Of a stretch of 64,000 nucleotides of DNA, positions 1 to 12,334 are shown piece after piece (the first letter of the stretch is position 1; each line of letters begins with the position of its first letter). Where the stretch lies: positions 62,682,001 through 62,746,000 of the forward strand of contig OX597818.1 of assembly GCA_951406725.2 (NCBI GenBank), read 5' to 3'. Both the position numbers and the translations under genes were made by a program. Source of the DNA: Octopus vulgaris. Its lineage: Eukaryota. The notes beneath the pieces were generated by a model, which was not told the DNA's origin, searched no databases, and saw only the letters and a list, made by a program, of their open reading frames with translations.

Positions 1-502
1 ATGTCGATATCTCCGTTAACACTACCCACATCTGCTCCACAAAGGTTTGTCGAATATTCCTGCAAAATATTGAAGATTTATTGTTCTTGCGATCCTAAAC
101 TTTCACAAATATGCTTCTAGATTCTGCAATTCTATCAGTTCAGGTTCTCATATGGCTTCCACTCAAGATATTTGGCGTTAGATCACCAAGACCATGGTTT
201 TATAAATAGAAAATCGAAGCAGTACAGCTTTGCTCAAGAATTAATGTGTCATTTCTGTCAACATTTCCCAGTAACTCTTCTGATAAAATAAAGTTACCTT
301 CTTTGCTTAACACATCTGTGAATATAGGTATAAGCGAAAGCTTATTGTCAGGGTGCAAAAGCTGTAAGTTCCAGATCAATTCACCATAAATATTCATTTT
401 TACCTGGACCCATGATGGTACATTCACGTCCGCTGGGCAGCTGTTTTCTACAAAGATTCATGATATTTGTTCCCTGTCTCACAGAACAGTATCAAACCTA
501 TT

Positions 503-909
503 TCTTTACTACCCACAAGGTGCTAAATACAGAGGAGACAAACAAGGATAGACAAACGGATTAAGTCGATTATATCGACCCCAGTGCGTAACTGGTATTT
601 ATTCAATCGACTCCGAAAGGATGAAACGCAAAGTCGACCTCCGCGGAATTTGAACTCAGAACGGCTGACGAAATACCTATTTCTTTATTACCCACAATGG
701 GCTAAACATAGAAGAGACAAACAAGGACAGACATAGGTATTAAGCCAATTACATCGACCCCAGTGCGTTACTGGTAATTAATTTATCGACCCTGAAAGGA
801 TGAAAGGCAAAGTCGACCTCGGCGGAATTTGAACTCACAACGTAGCGACAGACGAAATACCGCTAAGCATTTGACCCGGCGCGATAACGTCTCTGCCAGC
901 TCACCGCCT
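503..909 (-). mobile_element. tRNA-derived SINE family A, head-to-tail dimer (head-body-tail1-body-tail1) with 15-bp TSD
   Basis: Minus strand starts ggcggtgagctggcagagacgtt (A-box-like), has B-box gagttcaaattcc, core gactttgcctttcatcctttcggggtcgataaattaagtaccag and tail ...ccttgtgggtagtaaagaaatag; internal junction at 676/677; flanked by agtatcaaacctatt at 488-502 and 910-924. Confidence 0.9.
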
Positions 910-1776
910 AGTATCAAACCTATTGTCTCTGCACCGGATTCCTGGTTTTATTGCAGCGTTTCCACCAGAATCTTGTCTTAAAACTTCTGAAAAAACTGTG
1001 TTTCTGATTGCGCCTTTGTTCTATGCATTATCAATTAATGATAAGTAACAACAGATACATTCAATCTACTGTATTCAGCTGAAAATATGCGTCAACTTAT
1101 ATCTGGTGCAGCCTTTTCTTCCGCCAGCTCTCGCAACCACGATGTCAGCTGAATCAAGCGTAGGAGGGCAGTAGAATATCAGTGATTGCTTACGACTTAC
1201 AGGCGTCTAAATCAATTAGCAAAAATATGCTCATTACTACGACGACGATTCCGCTTACACACACATGTATATAAGACACATACCAAGCCACACGCACCCA
1301 TATATATTAATGCTTGTTTTTTTAAGATTAAAAAAAGCTACCAATATTTACTAACGAAATGTCTCAAATCTGGTAACTGTGTAATATGTATTATTCATTT
1401 AGGGACTGCTTCAGACTTAAAGTCGTGCTTTATTTAAACAGTGAGCCAAATGCAGATTTGGTTTATATTTGTACATGGAAATTTCGTTTAAAAATATCTC
1501 CATATCTTTACACAAATGAGATGAGTTTATTAAATTCGATTTGCTCTTAAATAGTTGGCAAGCCATTACGGCGGCAGATTTTCAATATTTGTTCTGATTC
1601 TCAGCGCTGTAAGTTCAAATTCTATCCTTTATATTCTAGGGTTTGAAGGAAAACAATCAACCGAGACTTAGTAGAACTATAAAGAACATCGGACCATCTG
1701 CCTAGCACCATTCGGTCCAGCGGTTTGCATTCTGAGTTCAATTCTTTCTATGACATAATTATATACCAGACGAAAT

Positions 1777-2171
1777 CTTTTCTACTCAAGGCACTAGGCC
1801 CGAAATTTTGGGGGAGGGGGCTAGTCGATTAGATCAACCCTAAGAACGCAACTGGTACTTAATTTATCAACACCGAAAGGATTAAAGGAAAATCGACCTC
1901 GGCGGAATTTGAACTCAGAACTTAAAGACAAACGAAATATCTATTTCTTTACTACTCACAAGGGGCTAAACACGGAGGGGACAAACAATGACAGACACAC
2001 GGATTAAGTTGATTACATCGACCCCAGTGCGTAATTGGTACTTAATTTATCGACCTCGAAAGGATGAAAGGCAAAGTCGACCTCGGCAGAATATGAACTC
2101 AGAACGTAACGGCAGACGAAATACGAATACGCATTTCGCCCGGCGTGCTAACGTTTGTGCCAGTTCGCCGT
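1777..2171 (-). mobile_element. SINE family A hetero-dimer (tail1 unit followed by tail2 unit)
   Basis: Same head and core; junction at 1940/1941; last unit has the diagnostic gtctttaag and ends ccccaaaatttcgggcctagtgccttgagtagaaaaga (tail2). Confidence 0.88.
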
Positions 2172-2496
2172 CTTGTATACTGGACTAAATGAGTCAACCG
2201 ATTACTACCTCTACCACCCTCTCTTCTCCAAGTAAATCTCCCTTGTTGCAAGCATCACCATCGTCTTGTTTGCCAGAGTGTTTTGATCGAAATACGGAAG
2301 CGGGAAACGCGCGGAAAACCGTTGTCAGATGAACGGTACGTATCTTGCTCATTTGCATCTTATTGGTACGTGTAACATATTACATTAAAGGTACATGCTT
2401 CTTCGAGGTACTCAGCCACCTCGTATATTAATTAAAAGAAGTAAACGGAGTTGATGCAACAACTGAATGCCCATACGTATTTCACGATGGATAACT

Positions 2497-2501
2497 ATCT
2501 A

Positions 2502-2557
<56 letters not shown>

Positions 2558-2625
2558 TGTATGTCTGTCCGTCCGTCCGTCCGTCGTCTGTTTGCTATCT
2601 ATCTATCTATATATATATCTATATC

Positions 2626-2664
<39 letters not shown>

Positions 2665-2707
2665 CAGTGTCTGTCTGTCCGTCCATCTGTCAGTCTGTCT
2701 GTCTGTA

Positions 2708-2756
<49 letters not shown>

Positions 2757-2872
2757 ACCTATCTAACTATTTATCGATCTATCTGTCTGTCTGTCCGTCC
2801 GTCTGTCTGTCTGTCCGTCTGTCTGTCTGTCTGTCTGTCTATTCATATCTACATATATATATACATCTATAT
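2497..2872. repeat. Compound microsatellite (TA)n/(TCTA)n/(TCTG)n/(TCCG)n
   Basis: Directly visible; explains ORFs 2451-2899. Confidence 0.95.
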
Positions 2873-3365
2873 TTGTTTTCAGATTCAGTAATGATATAAA
2901 CAATTTTACATTAACCTGGAGGATTATTCCGCACTCACTTTTGTACAGTGTAAGAACATTATTGACATTGACTTCAACGTTTGAGCCAGCGAAGCCATCA
3001 GGAGACTATGTTGGCTCATGTGAATGGTAACTGGTTCGTAGTGTGGGTTTTGATGGAAAGATGTTTTGATGAAAACTCTTTATTGATTAAAGTTAGGGTT
3101 ATATTGTTGTTTAGTGTTTATTCATACTTATAAAACTTTGTAAACAAGTGTGTATATTTAGATGTGTCAGCCTCAGGTCACGGGTTTGTTTTGTCTGTCA
3201 GTGGTTCACAAGAACGGTAAACGTATATGAAGTTTGCAGGCAGTGAATGTGTAATTAGCTTTAGTTATTTATGATTTTATTGGGTTTAATCCTCTACATT
3301 GGCTCTGTAAAGTTCTAAATACAAAGTTCACACATTTAGTATTATTGTAGAATAAAATCGAATCC

Positions 3366-3376
3366 TATATATATAT

Positions 3377-3450
<74 letters not shown>

Positions 3451-3803
3451 TAGATAAAACGTTATAAAGTTTACAAAAATATACTTTTATATACCCATGT
3501 CTTCACATAATTCGTCGGTATAAAATCATATCTAGGCGGAAACATGCGCATGGAACAACAAATATAAGCTGCAGGAAATGTATATAATAGGACGTTTTTG
3601 AATAAAATAGTATTTATTCTTAATACACAGATCTATACCTGTATCTCTTTAATGTTAGTATAAATGTTTCATCCGGTGCTACTAATTCATAGGAGATGGC
3701 CTCTCGCAAATTCACCGAGAATCTTTAACTTCAAAAGCCATGTCACTGACGAATATTATTACTATTATTATTTGTAGCATTGACTAAAGTTACTTGCCGT
3801 TGG

Positions 3804-3862
<59 letters not shown>
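3366..3862. repeat. (TA)n tract at 3366-3451 and (AAT)n tract at 3806-3862
   Basis: Directly visible. Confidence 0.9.
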
Positions 3863-4810
3863 TTTGATAATATTCTGCTAAGCATCTGCGACGTTAGTGT
3901 GTGATAAGCTGTACGAATTACAGCAGAAAAGTTTTATTTTCGCAACTGAAATTTTCACGGGAAAAGTTTGAAACCACTTGCTGTTTCTATAAAACGGAAT
4001 TGCGGTGTCTTGTGGGTTACAACGTATTGCAGACGGAGAACAATGTTTCTGTAAAGAAACTCGGATGAGTTTATATTCAAACTTCAACTGTCTCTTTAAG
4101 TGATTAACTCTGTCGTAACTGTCACCTATGTTTTAATTTAGAAATATTTCAGATCTTATTCTTTGAAATTCTATATTTTTGCTTCCTACTTATAACAAAT
4201 TTTCCAAATCGAGCATTATGCAAATTAATCATGTTTAGTGTTATAAATAAACATTGGTGAAGACGGCTTCGTACTTGTCTTAATATTTCTCTACGTTAAC
4301 ATAACGCAGCTTCTAAACTGAAATGACATTTACATATAGCCGAGTAATGAAATATATTTCAGAGTATTAATTTCATTAAAAATATTGACACGTGATGCAA
4401 CTGGTTTGTTCGTGTATTGCATATCTGCCAGCCTGAATTCTTTTGCAAACGTAACAGCAATGATTCCACAGATATGATAAGTAAACTTTGAATATTGATA
4501 AATTAGTTTGAAACACCGCCTTGTTTAACATCGGCGCCAGGAAATTGAAAAAGTAACCATTGGTATGCAAGCAAACATCAAAAACATAAATAACGAAAGA
4601 TTATGCAAATATGTTACTTCTAACGGATAAAATTATACATAAAAGGTATTCAAATACAAATTAACGCTGTGTATAACTCAGAATGTCGTTGTGAGTAAAT
4701 AAAAAGCCTACATTATTTATTTTATATTATAATGAGAAGAATATATCATTGAACCGCCATTCATCAGGGTAACTTTGGAAATATTCTGTTGCCACTACAG
4801 GTAAAATCGA

Positions 4811-5027
4811 AGGTAGCGAGCAGGTAGAGGCGTCAGCACGCCGGACGAAATACTTAGCAATATTTCGTCTGTCTTTACTTTCTGAGTTCAAATTACGCCG
4901 ATGTCGACTTTGCCTCTCATCCATTCAAAGTCGATAAATTAAGCACCAGTTGTGTACTGAGGTCGAATTAATCGACTGGCCCTCTCCTCCCAAATTTAGG
5001 GCCTTGTGCCTAGACTAGAAAAAAATA
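4811..5027 (+). mobile_element. SINE family A monomer, tail2 subtype
   Basis: Head ggtagcgagcaggtagaggcgtcagcacgcc, body variant gtctttact, tail cccaaatttagggccttgtgcctagactagaaaa. Confidence 0.85.
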
Positions 5028-5041
5028 CAGATGGAACCAAA

Positions 5042-5443
5042 GGCGGCGAACTGGCAGAGGCATTAGCACGCCAGGCGAAATGTTGAGCGGTATTTCGTCA
5101 GCCACTACGTTCTGATTTCAAATTCCGCCGAGGTCGACTTTGCCTTTCATCCTTTCGGGGTCGATTAAATAAGTACCAGTTACGCACTGAGGTCGATATA
5201 ATCGACTTAATCTGTTTGTATGTCCTTGCTTGTCCTCTCTGGGTTTAGCCCCTTGTGGGTAGTAAAGAAATAGGTATTTCGTCTGTCTTTATGTTCTGAG
5301 TTCAAATTCCGCCGAGGTCGACTTTGCCTTTCCTTCTTTTGGGGTCGATAAATTAAGTACCAGTTGCGTACCGGAGTCGATCAAATCCACGGACGCCCCC
5401 ATCATCAAATTTCGGGCACTGTGCCTAGAATAGTAAAGAATAT
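5042..5443 (+). mobile_element. SINE family A hetero-dimer (tail1 then tail2)
   Basis: ggcggcgaactggcag head; junction aagaaatag|gtatttcgtc at 5273/5274; second unit has gtctttatg and tail2. Confidence 0.9.
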
Positions 5444-5559
5444 AGGTAGAATGAGGTAAAATAGCAAACATACGACATTTATAATTTGGCTTTTAAGCAA
5501 TTTCTTGGTAGTTATAGAAATAACGAAATTAATACTAACCTCTATAGAAAGAATATTTA

Positions 5560-5776
5560 TTAGTTCCAAATTTTGGCAAAAGATTAACTAGTTCGAAGGA
5601 AGGTGTAAGTTGATCACATCGACCCCCAGTACTGAACTGCTACTTATTTCATGGAATCGATACTGAAAGGTTGGAGGGCAAAATTTCTCTCAACGGATTT
5701 TGAGCTCAGAGCAAAATGACGGACGAAATGTCGCTAAGCATTTTGCTCGCCGTGCCAACGATTATATTACCTCGCC
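5560..5776 (-). mobile_element. Older diverged SINE family A copy
   Basis: Degenerate matches (cacatcgacccccagtactgaactgctactt; gacgaaatgtcgctaagcattttg...ctcgcc). Confidence 0.65.
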
Positions 5777-5811
5777 TACTTCAAGAAAAATATTTATTAC
5801 CTCGAAATTAT

Positions 5812-6195
5812 AGGCGCAGGTTTGGCTGTGTGGTAAGAAGCTTGTCTCTGAACCACATGGTTCCGGGTTCAGTCCCAATGCGTGGAAACTTAGGCAAAGT
5901 TTTGCGAGGGAATTTGGTAAATGGAAAGTGAAAGAAAACCGCTGTATATATATATGTATAGATGTGTACGCGTGTGTGTATATTTGTGTCTGTGTTAGTC
6001 ACCTCCGCCGTTTGACAACCGGTGTTATGTTGTTTACGTCCGCGTAACTAAGCGTTTCCGCAAAAGTGATGGATAAAATAAGTATTAAGCTGAAGAAATT
6101 TAGTACTGAGGTCGATTCATTCGAGCAAAAGTACTTCAAAGCGGTGCTGCAGCATGGCCACAGTCTAATGACTAAAACAATAAAGAAAAGAGAAA
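5812..6195 (+). mobile_element. tRNA-derived SINE family B with internal (TA)/(TG) microsatellite
   Basis: Head ggcgcaggtttggctgtgtggtaagaagctt...ggttcagtccc; tail gcggtgctgcagcatggccacagtctaatgactaaaac; matches copies at 13847, 24288, 57741 and 61041. Confidence 0.85.
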
Positions 6196-6254
6196 ACAAA
6201 TTTCCTATTTGTGTAACAACCTCCATAACTACCCCGCTGTCATTTACACTCTCT

Positions 6255-6272
6255 TACTACTACTACTAGTAT

Positions 6273-6305
<33 letters not shown>

Positions 6306-6390
6306 CGCCACCTTCACTACTACTACTACCACCACCACCACCACTACTACTACCACCACCATCACCGCCACTACAACCACCACCACCACC
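6255..6390. repeat. (CTA)n/(CCA)n trinucleotide tract
   Basis: Directly visible; source of the poly-L/P and poly-G/S ORFs. Confidence 0.9.
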
Positions 6391-6596
6391 AGTTACGCAC
6401 TGCGGTCGATATAATCGACTTAATCCGTTACGTTCTGAGTTCAAATCCGCCGAGGTCGACTTTGCCTTTCATCCTTTCGGGGTTTATTAAATAAGTACCA
6501 GTTACGCACTGGGGTCGATGTAATCGACTTCATCCGTTTATCTGTCCTTGTCTGTCCTCTCTTTGTTTAGCCCCATGTGGGCAGTAAAGAAATAGG
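6389..6596 (+). mobile_element. 5'-truncated, rearranged SINE family A (tail1)
   Basis: Core and tail1 present, preceded by a duplicated internal piece (ccagttacgcactgcggtcgatataatcgacttaatccgt). Confidence 0.85.
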
Positions 6597-6948
6597 TTCC
6601 AGGTTTCGCTCTTACTAATGTTTGTATCTGCTGAAGAATTATTATTGACGTTATTCAGATGTTTTTAGATATTTATATACCTTTTCGTTACAGCAAAGCT
6701 TGTTTTATTTGCATTGAAACAACACTAAAAATATTAGAAACAAATCACGTGTGTCATTAAATCGTGGTCCTGTTTTTATCTGGTCTTTCATGAAATATGA
6801 ACATCTTTATAAAATACATGAAACATTTTCGTCGGCTACGTGTAGCTGAAATCAGCTAGAAAATTAATATCTGGAATTGATATCCTTTCCTCCATTCTTA
6901 TAATCCAACAAATACCATGGCTAAACTACAGGTGCAATCAGATTTCCT

Positions 6949-6990
6949 CTCCCCTCTCTCTCTCTTTCTCTCTCTCTCATATACATATAC

Positions 6991-7037
<47 letters not shown>

Positions 7038-7150
7038 ACGCACACATATGTATGTATTTATGTATGAATTTGTATGTTTGTATATATATATATATATGCA
7101 TATATGTATATTTGTATATATTTTTGTGTGTGTACGTATGTATGTACTTA
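6949..7150. repeat. Compound (CT)n/(CA)n/(TA)n/(TATG)n microsatellite
   Basis: Directly visible. Confidence 0.9.
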
Positions 7151-8094
7151 TGCATTGAGTGGGGGTACGTTTCCTGTTATTAATCGTATTGTGGACCTAC
7201 GAACAGATCATAGTAAACCGTTGCTGCTCTGATAACCAATATCATATAATGCTATACTGCAATAACATTTCTATGCTTCATCGTTCCTAGCAACTGAAGA
7301 GATAAACGTATCAACGAGAAGATAGTGCTATTTTAAGGAATAGCAGATAAGGAATATCCGAGATGAACACAAAACAATATTGTATGCCATCGGAATCGTA
7401 CAGCACAGCGAGAGAGAGTAACCGTTGCATCGAGAGATATTCAATCGTTTAGCTGGAGCCGGACGCTTATCAAATGCATAATTGAGCAGAGGATTTTTTT
7501 TCAAAAACAAACGAAAAATCTTTGTTTTGTTTTGTCTCCATAAGAATTACCCGTCAAATTGGTAAACTGGATGACTCGCTGATGCGTCGAATTGAAATGT
7601 CTTATGGTATTTGTGCGGTTATCTGCGAACAGAGTTCAAATACGTTTAAGATCACCTTCGTTATCGTTTCGGGGTAGATACTTAAATAACAACTGGTCAG
7701 TCTATTGGAGAACCGAAATTGTTATAGCAACGAACGACATGTCATGTGGGGTCTCATCTGTGGATTTGGGTCCCGGGATAAAATCTTGCAGATAAAATCA
7801 CGGCATCGTGACGGGAAAACGCAGCCTTTCAGACCCATGGTCTTCTTACGCTTCTCCTGTCATGGAACTGGCTACACACGAGAACCTTTGGAATTTTACT
7901 GTCGCTCATTCTGACATTCCAGTCCATCTTAACTGGGATTACAAAGAAAGGATTTAATATCACCAATTTTATATTTAAAGAATATTTCAAAATCTCTATC
8001 ATTATATTACGGAAAATAACAGTAATCTCGAACGGAGGAGAGTTGTAAAAACAGCTAAGAAGATCGAATAAATACTCATAGAAGACGGGAAAAA

Positions 8095-8700
8095 AGTGTC
8101 TAGCAGGACGCTTAGAGAATCGAACCCTACGTCTCGAATTCTAGTCGAATGTTCTGTAACATTGAGTTATATTTCTTTACTACCCACAAGGGGCTAAACA
8201 CAGAGAGGACAAACAAGGACAGACAAACGGATTAAGTCGATTATATCGACTCCGGTGCGTAGCTGGCACTTAATTTATCGACCCCGAAAGGATGAAAGGC
8301 AAAGTCGACCTCGGCGGAATTTGAACTCAGAACGTAGCGGCAGACGAAATACCGCTGAGCATTTCACCCGGCATACTAACGATTCTGCCAGCTTGCCGTC
8401 TTACATATATATTTCTTTACTACCCACAAGGTGCTAAACACAGAGGGGACAAACACGGACAGACAAACGGATTAAATCGATTACATCGACTCCAGTGCGT
8501 AACTGGTACTTAATTTATCGACCCCGAAAGGATGAAAGGCAAAGTCAACCTCGGCGGAATTTGAACTCAGAACGTAACGGCAGACGAATAACCGCGATCC
8601 TCCGACCGCCAGTCCGCTGCCCTAACCACTGGGCCATTGCGCCTCTACCTGCGCCACTGAGTTAGGCGATTTTTGACAACAAGTACTGTCTTTTATAACG
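8095..8700 (-). mobile_element. Nested SINE cluster: tRNA-like element (8095-8167 plus about 8654-8700) split by a full family A copy (8170-8400) and a chimeric copy (family A body 8410-8590 with V-type SINE head 8591-8647)
   Basis: 8095-8167 is the reverse complement of 9172-9245; family A motifs are recognisable; 8591-8647 on minus (aggcgcaatggcccagtggttagggcagcggactggcggtcggaggatcgcggt) matches the head at 55223. Confidence 0.8.
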
Positions 8701-9007
8701 CTAAATAATAGCTTTAGGATATTCGAATAATATATTTACAAACTACTCACCTGGCTTCTTCGTCAATATAATATAAAACGTGAAAAGGGAAGAAATTGGT
8801 TTGTTGCGATGAAGAGGAAACCTCATTTATCATAGAATCTTTGATAGATACCTTCCCAAAATGTTAGGCGTTTCCTATTCTCTACTTCAAACTTATTCAA
8901 GATTTCCCAATGCAGGCCATCACAAATTACCTTGAGTTCTATTTACTAATTCTGCAATAGAGACGTCTCGTTGTTCATGTTTTTATTTGCATTCATTCAC
9001 TACATCA

Positions 9008-9245
9008 GGCGCTGGCGTGGCTATGTGATTAAGCGGTTCGCTTAGCAACCGTGGGGGTTTTGAGTTCGGTTCCACTGAATGGAAGCTTAGGATAGCGTCT
9101 TCTATTATAGCCTTGGCTGGACCAAAATTTTATGAGTGAATTTCGTAGACGGAAACTATATGGAAGCCTCACTTCAGTGATACAGAGCATTCGACTAGCA
9201 TTTGAGACGTAGAGTTCAATTCCCTAAGCGTTCTGCTACCCACTT
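9008..9245 (+). mobile_element. Diverged SINE family B 5' half (9008-9170) followed by a tRNA-like SINE head (9172-9245)
   Basis: ggcgctggcgtggctatgtgattaag...gtagacggaaact; then cagtgatacagagcattcgactag...gagttcaattccc (A/B-box-like). Confidence 0.6.
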
Positions 9246-9298
9246 ATATATATATATATACATATACGAGCATATATAAGTGTGTGTGTGTTTGTATA

Positions 9299-9811
9299 CT
9301 AGGGTGAGTCAAAAAGTAATGCCATTTTGTTTAGGACAGGGATAATTACCAACACAGGAACATGTATCATACATAAAAATGAAGCTGGTCCTCTGTGGAT
9401 CACATCCCTACTTTTCAAATGTCCCACCTTTGAATGAGATCATGTATCCCTGCCCCGTCAAATTCTGTTGACTGTTCTTTGAGCCAATTCTTCACTACAG
9501 TTTTCATTTCCTCGTCACTGGACTATCATCTCTTCGGCCCTATGAAAGAGGGTTTGAGAAGCAAACCTTATTCCAGTGAGGATGAAGTGAAAACTGTAGC
9601 GAAGAGGCTCAAAGAACAGAATTTTACGGGGCAGGGATACATGCTCTCAATCGAAGGTGGAACATTACTATTGAGAGAAACGGTGACTATATTGAAAAGT
9701 AGGGATGTGATCCATAGAGCACGAGCTTCATTTTGATGTATGATACATGTTCCTGTGTTGGTAATTGTACCTGTCCTAAACAAAATGGCATTACTTTTTC
9801 ACTCACCCTCG
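9299..9811. mobile_element. Mariner-derived fold-back (palindromic) MITE, TA target duplication
   Basis: TA|ctagggtgagtcaaaaagtaatgcc ... ggcattactttttcactcaccctcg|TA; arms 9299-9522 and 9572-9811 are inverted copies; + strand encodes a mariner C-terminus (DYHLFGPMKEGLR...GIHALNRRWNITIERNGDYIEK*). Confidence 0.9.
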
Positions 9812-10548
9812 TATATGAGTCTATGTATATGTGTGTGCGTATGTGAATTCGTGTCTGCGATTGTATACCTACCATCGTTTTATAGACGGTGTTGCTTTGC
9901 TTACATCATCGTAAATTAGTGATTCGACAGAAAGGGACCAACAGAAAGAGAGACAGATTTAAAAATTAGTACAAGGATTAATCTCCTCCATTAAAGCTCA
10001 GAGAGTGAGAGAGAGGTGCGAGGAGAGAAAGGCAGGGAGAGGGAGAGAGAGAGAGAGAGCCCGAGTGCAAGATGGCGGAGGGAGAGATTGAGAGACATAT
10101 AAAAATGTCTGTCAAATAAATCGGCGTCGGATGAGCGACACTAAATGAACGGTGCCATAATGACTACACCCGTATATCTTCTACCGTGTTGGAAGGCTCT
10201 TTTTAGCTGTAATTATCGCAGAAATAATATCAAATATGCACTGATTTCTACTGAAGATTTATAAATTCCTTCAATCTGTCAAATTACATTCTGTATTATC
10301 ATCATTTTAGACAATTTATAACTTTATTCGTTAATGTTCCACATAATTGATAAGTTAACTCGAAATGATTGCAGATAAGTCATCATAATATCTTATTTAA
10401 AATTAAAATATTCGATGAATTTCAGCCAAACATAATTCTTCAAGGAAACTTCGAAAATACATTTTCTTTATCTCGTTGCCAGGTTAAAAAAAAAGAGTCA
10501 CAAATTTACAATAGGGGGTAAATGGAGTTATATTAAATGATAGCAATG

Positions 10549-11129
10549 TTCTTTTCTACTCTAGGCAGAAGACCCGACATTTTTGGGGAGGCGACCAGTC
10601 GATTAGATCGAACCCAGTAGTCAACTGATTTTAAATTTATCGATCTCGAAAGGATGTAAGGTAAATTTGACCTCGGCGAATTTGAACTCAGAACTTAAAG
10701 ACAGACTAAATACCTGTTTCTTTACTAGCCACAAGGGGCTAAACACAGAAGAGACAAGGAAGGACAGACAGACGGATTAAGTCGATTATATCGACCCCAG
10801 TGCGTAACTGGTACTTATTTAATTGATTCCGAAAAGATGAAAGGCAGAGTCGCTCTCGGCTGAATTTGAACTCAAAACGTAGCGGCAGACTAAATACTTA
10901 TTTCTTTACTACCCACAAGGGGCTAAACATAGGGGGGACAAACAAGGACAGACAAACGGATTAAGTCGATTACATTGACTCCAGTGCGTAACCGGCACTT
11001 ATTTAATCGACCTCGAAAGGATGAAAGGCAAAGTAGACCTCGGTGGAATTTGAACTCAGAACGTAGCGACAGACGAAATACCGCTAAGAATTTCGCCCGA
11101 CCTGCGAACGTTTCTGCCAGCTCGCCGCC
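10549..11129 (-). mobile_element. SINE family A trimer (tail1, tail1, tail2)
   Basis: Single head at about 11129; junctions at 10897/10898 and 10713/10714 (184-bp unit); terminal unit has gtctttaag and tail2. Confidence 0.9.
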
Positions 11130-11158
11130 TTAAATGATGTCAATATTAGACAAGAATA

Positions 11159-11955
11159 GGCGGCGAGCTGACAGAATCTTTCGTACGCCAGGGAAGAGTG
11201 CTTAGCGGCATTTCTTCCGATTTAATATTCGGAACTTAAATGTCACCAGTGTCGGCTTCACCTTTCATTCTCCCGGGGTCGATAGAATAAGTACCAGTTA
11301 AGCACTGGGGTCAGTGTAATCAGCTTAGCCCCTTCCTTGAACTTACTCGCCTTGTGCCAAAATCTGAAAACAATAAATTATTAAACAAGAACAAGGGGTC
11401 GAACTGGCAGAATCGTTAGCACGCCGGGCGAAATGCTTAGCAGTATTCCGTCTGGTTTTACGTTCTGAGTTCAAATTTCGGTGAGGTTTACTTTGGATTT
11501 TATCATTTAGGATTCGATAAAATGAATACCAGTTGTGCACTGGTGTTGACGTAATCGACTTGCCTTCTCCCTCAAAATTGCTGGCCTTGTGCCAAAAAAT
11601 TTGAAACCAGTACATTATTCGACAAGAGCAGTCAAGAGGACCGGTTGAGGACGTTGATAATATGAATGAAAGGAAACCGCTAAGAGGTGACAAGAATTGA
11701 GGAGACGAGGATGATAAAGTAATGGACTTCCGTTGGATTCCTTACCATCCGTTGGCAATGGTATTACAAAAGAATGATGGTGGGGTGGGGAAGTAATACT
11801 TTTACGTTCTGAGTTCATATGACGCCACGGACAACTTTGTATTTCTTTCTTTCGGGGTCGATAAAATAAGTATCAGTCGATCACTGTGAATGATGTAATC
11901 GACTTATTTCCTCTACACCGAAGTTGCTGGCCTTGTGTCAAAATATGAAATCAAT
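11159..11955 (+). mobile_element. Three older family A-related SINE copies (about 11159-11370, 11395-11610, 11800-11955)
   Basis: Same core; older tail gctggccttgtgccaaaa-tttgaaa. Confidence 0.8.
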
Positions 11956-12011
11956 AAATTATTAGAAGAGACAAGTGGTAGAGAGAATATTGGTGATAAT
12001 ATGACTGAAAG

Positions 12012-12334
12012 CCGCCAAGGTCGACTTTGCCTTTCGGGGTCGATAAATTAAGTACCATTTACGCACTGGGGTCGATGTAATCGACTTAATCTGTTTGTTG
12101 TCCTTGTTTGTCCCCTCTGTGTTTAGCCCTTTGTGGGCAGTAAAGAAATAAGCATTTCGTCTGCCGCTACGTTCTGAGTTCAAATTCCGCCGAGGTCGAC
12201 TTTGCCTTTCATCATTTCGGGATCTATAAATTAAATACCAGTTATGCACTGGAGTCGATGTAATCGACTTAATCCGTTTGTCTGTCCTTGATTGTCCCCT
12301 CTGTGTTTAGCCCCTTGTAGGTAATAAAGAAATA
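12012..12334 (+). mobile_element. 5'-truncated SINE family A dimer with 17-bp TSD
   Basis: gataatatg(a/g)ctgaaag at 11995-12011 and 12335-12351; junction at 12151/12152; no head upstream. Confidence 0.88.

Noticed and set aside
1-480. ORF 200-427 and neighbouring sequence as a host exon or LINE endonuclease
   Set aside because: Only faint resemblance (DRN, LQNLE, GIF-KP) with stops and frameshifts; cannot be supported
2965-3010. Possible hammerhead on minus (ctcctgatggc...gctcaaacgttgaag)
   Set aside because: Both core boxes are damaged; too degenerate to call
503-11129. Regularly spaced repeats suggesting a CRISPR-like array
   Set aside because: Units are contiguous SINE bodies with no unique spacers, in a eukaryotic context with no cas genes
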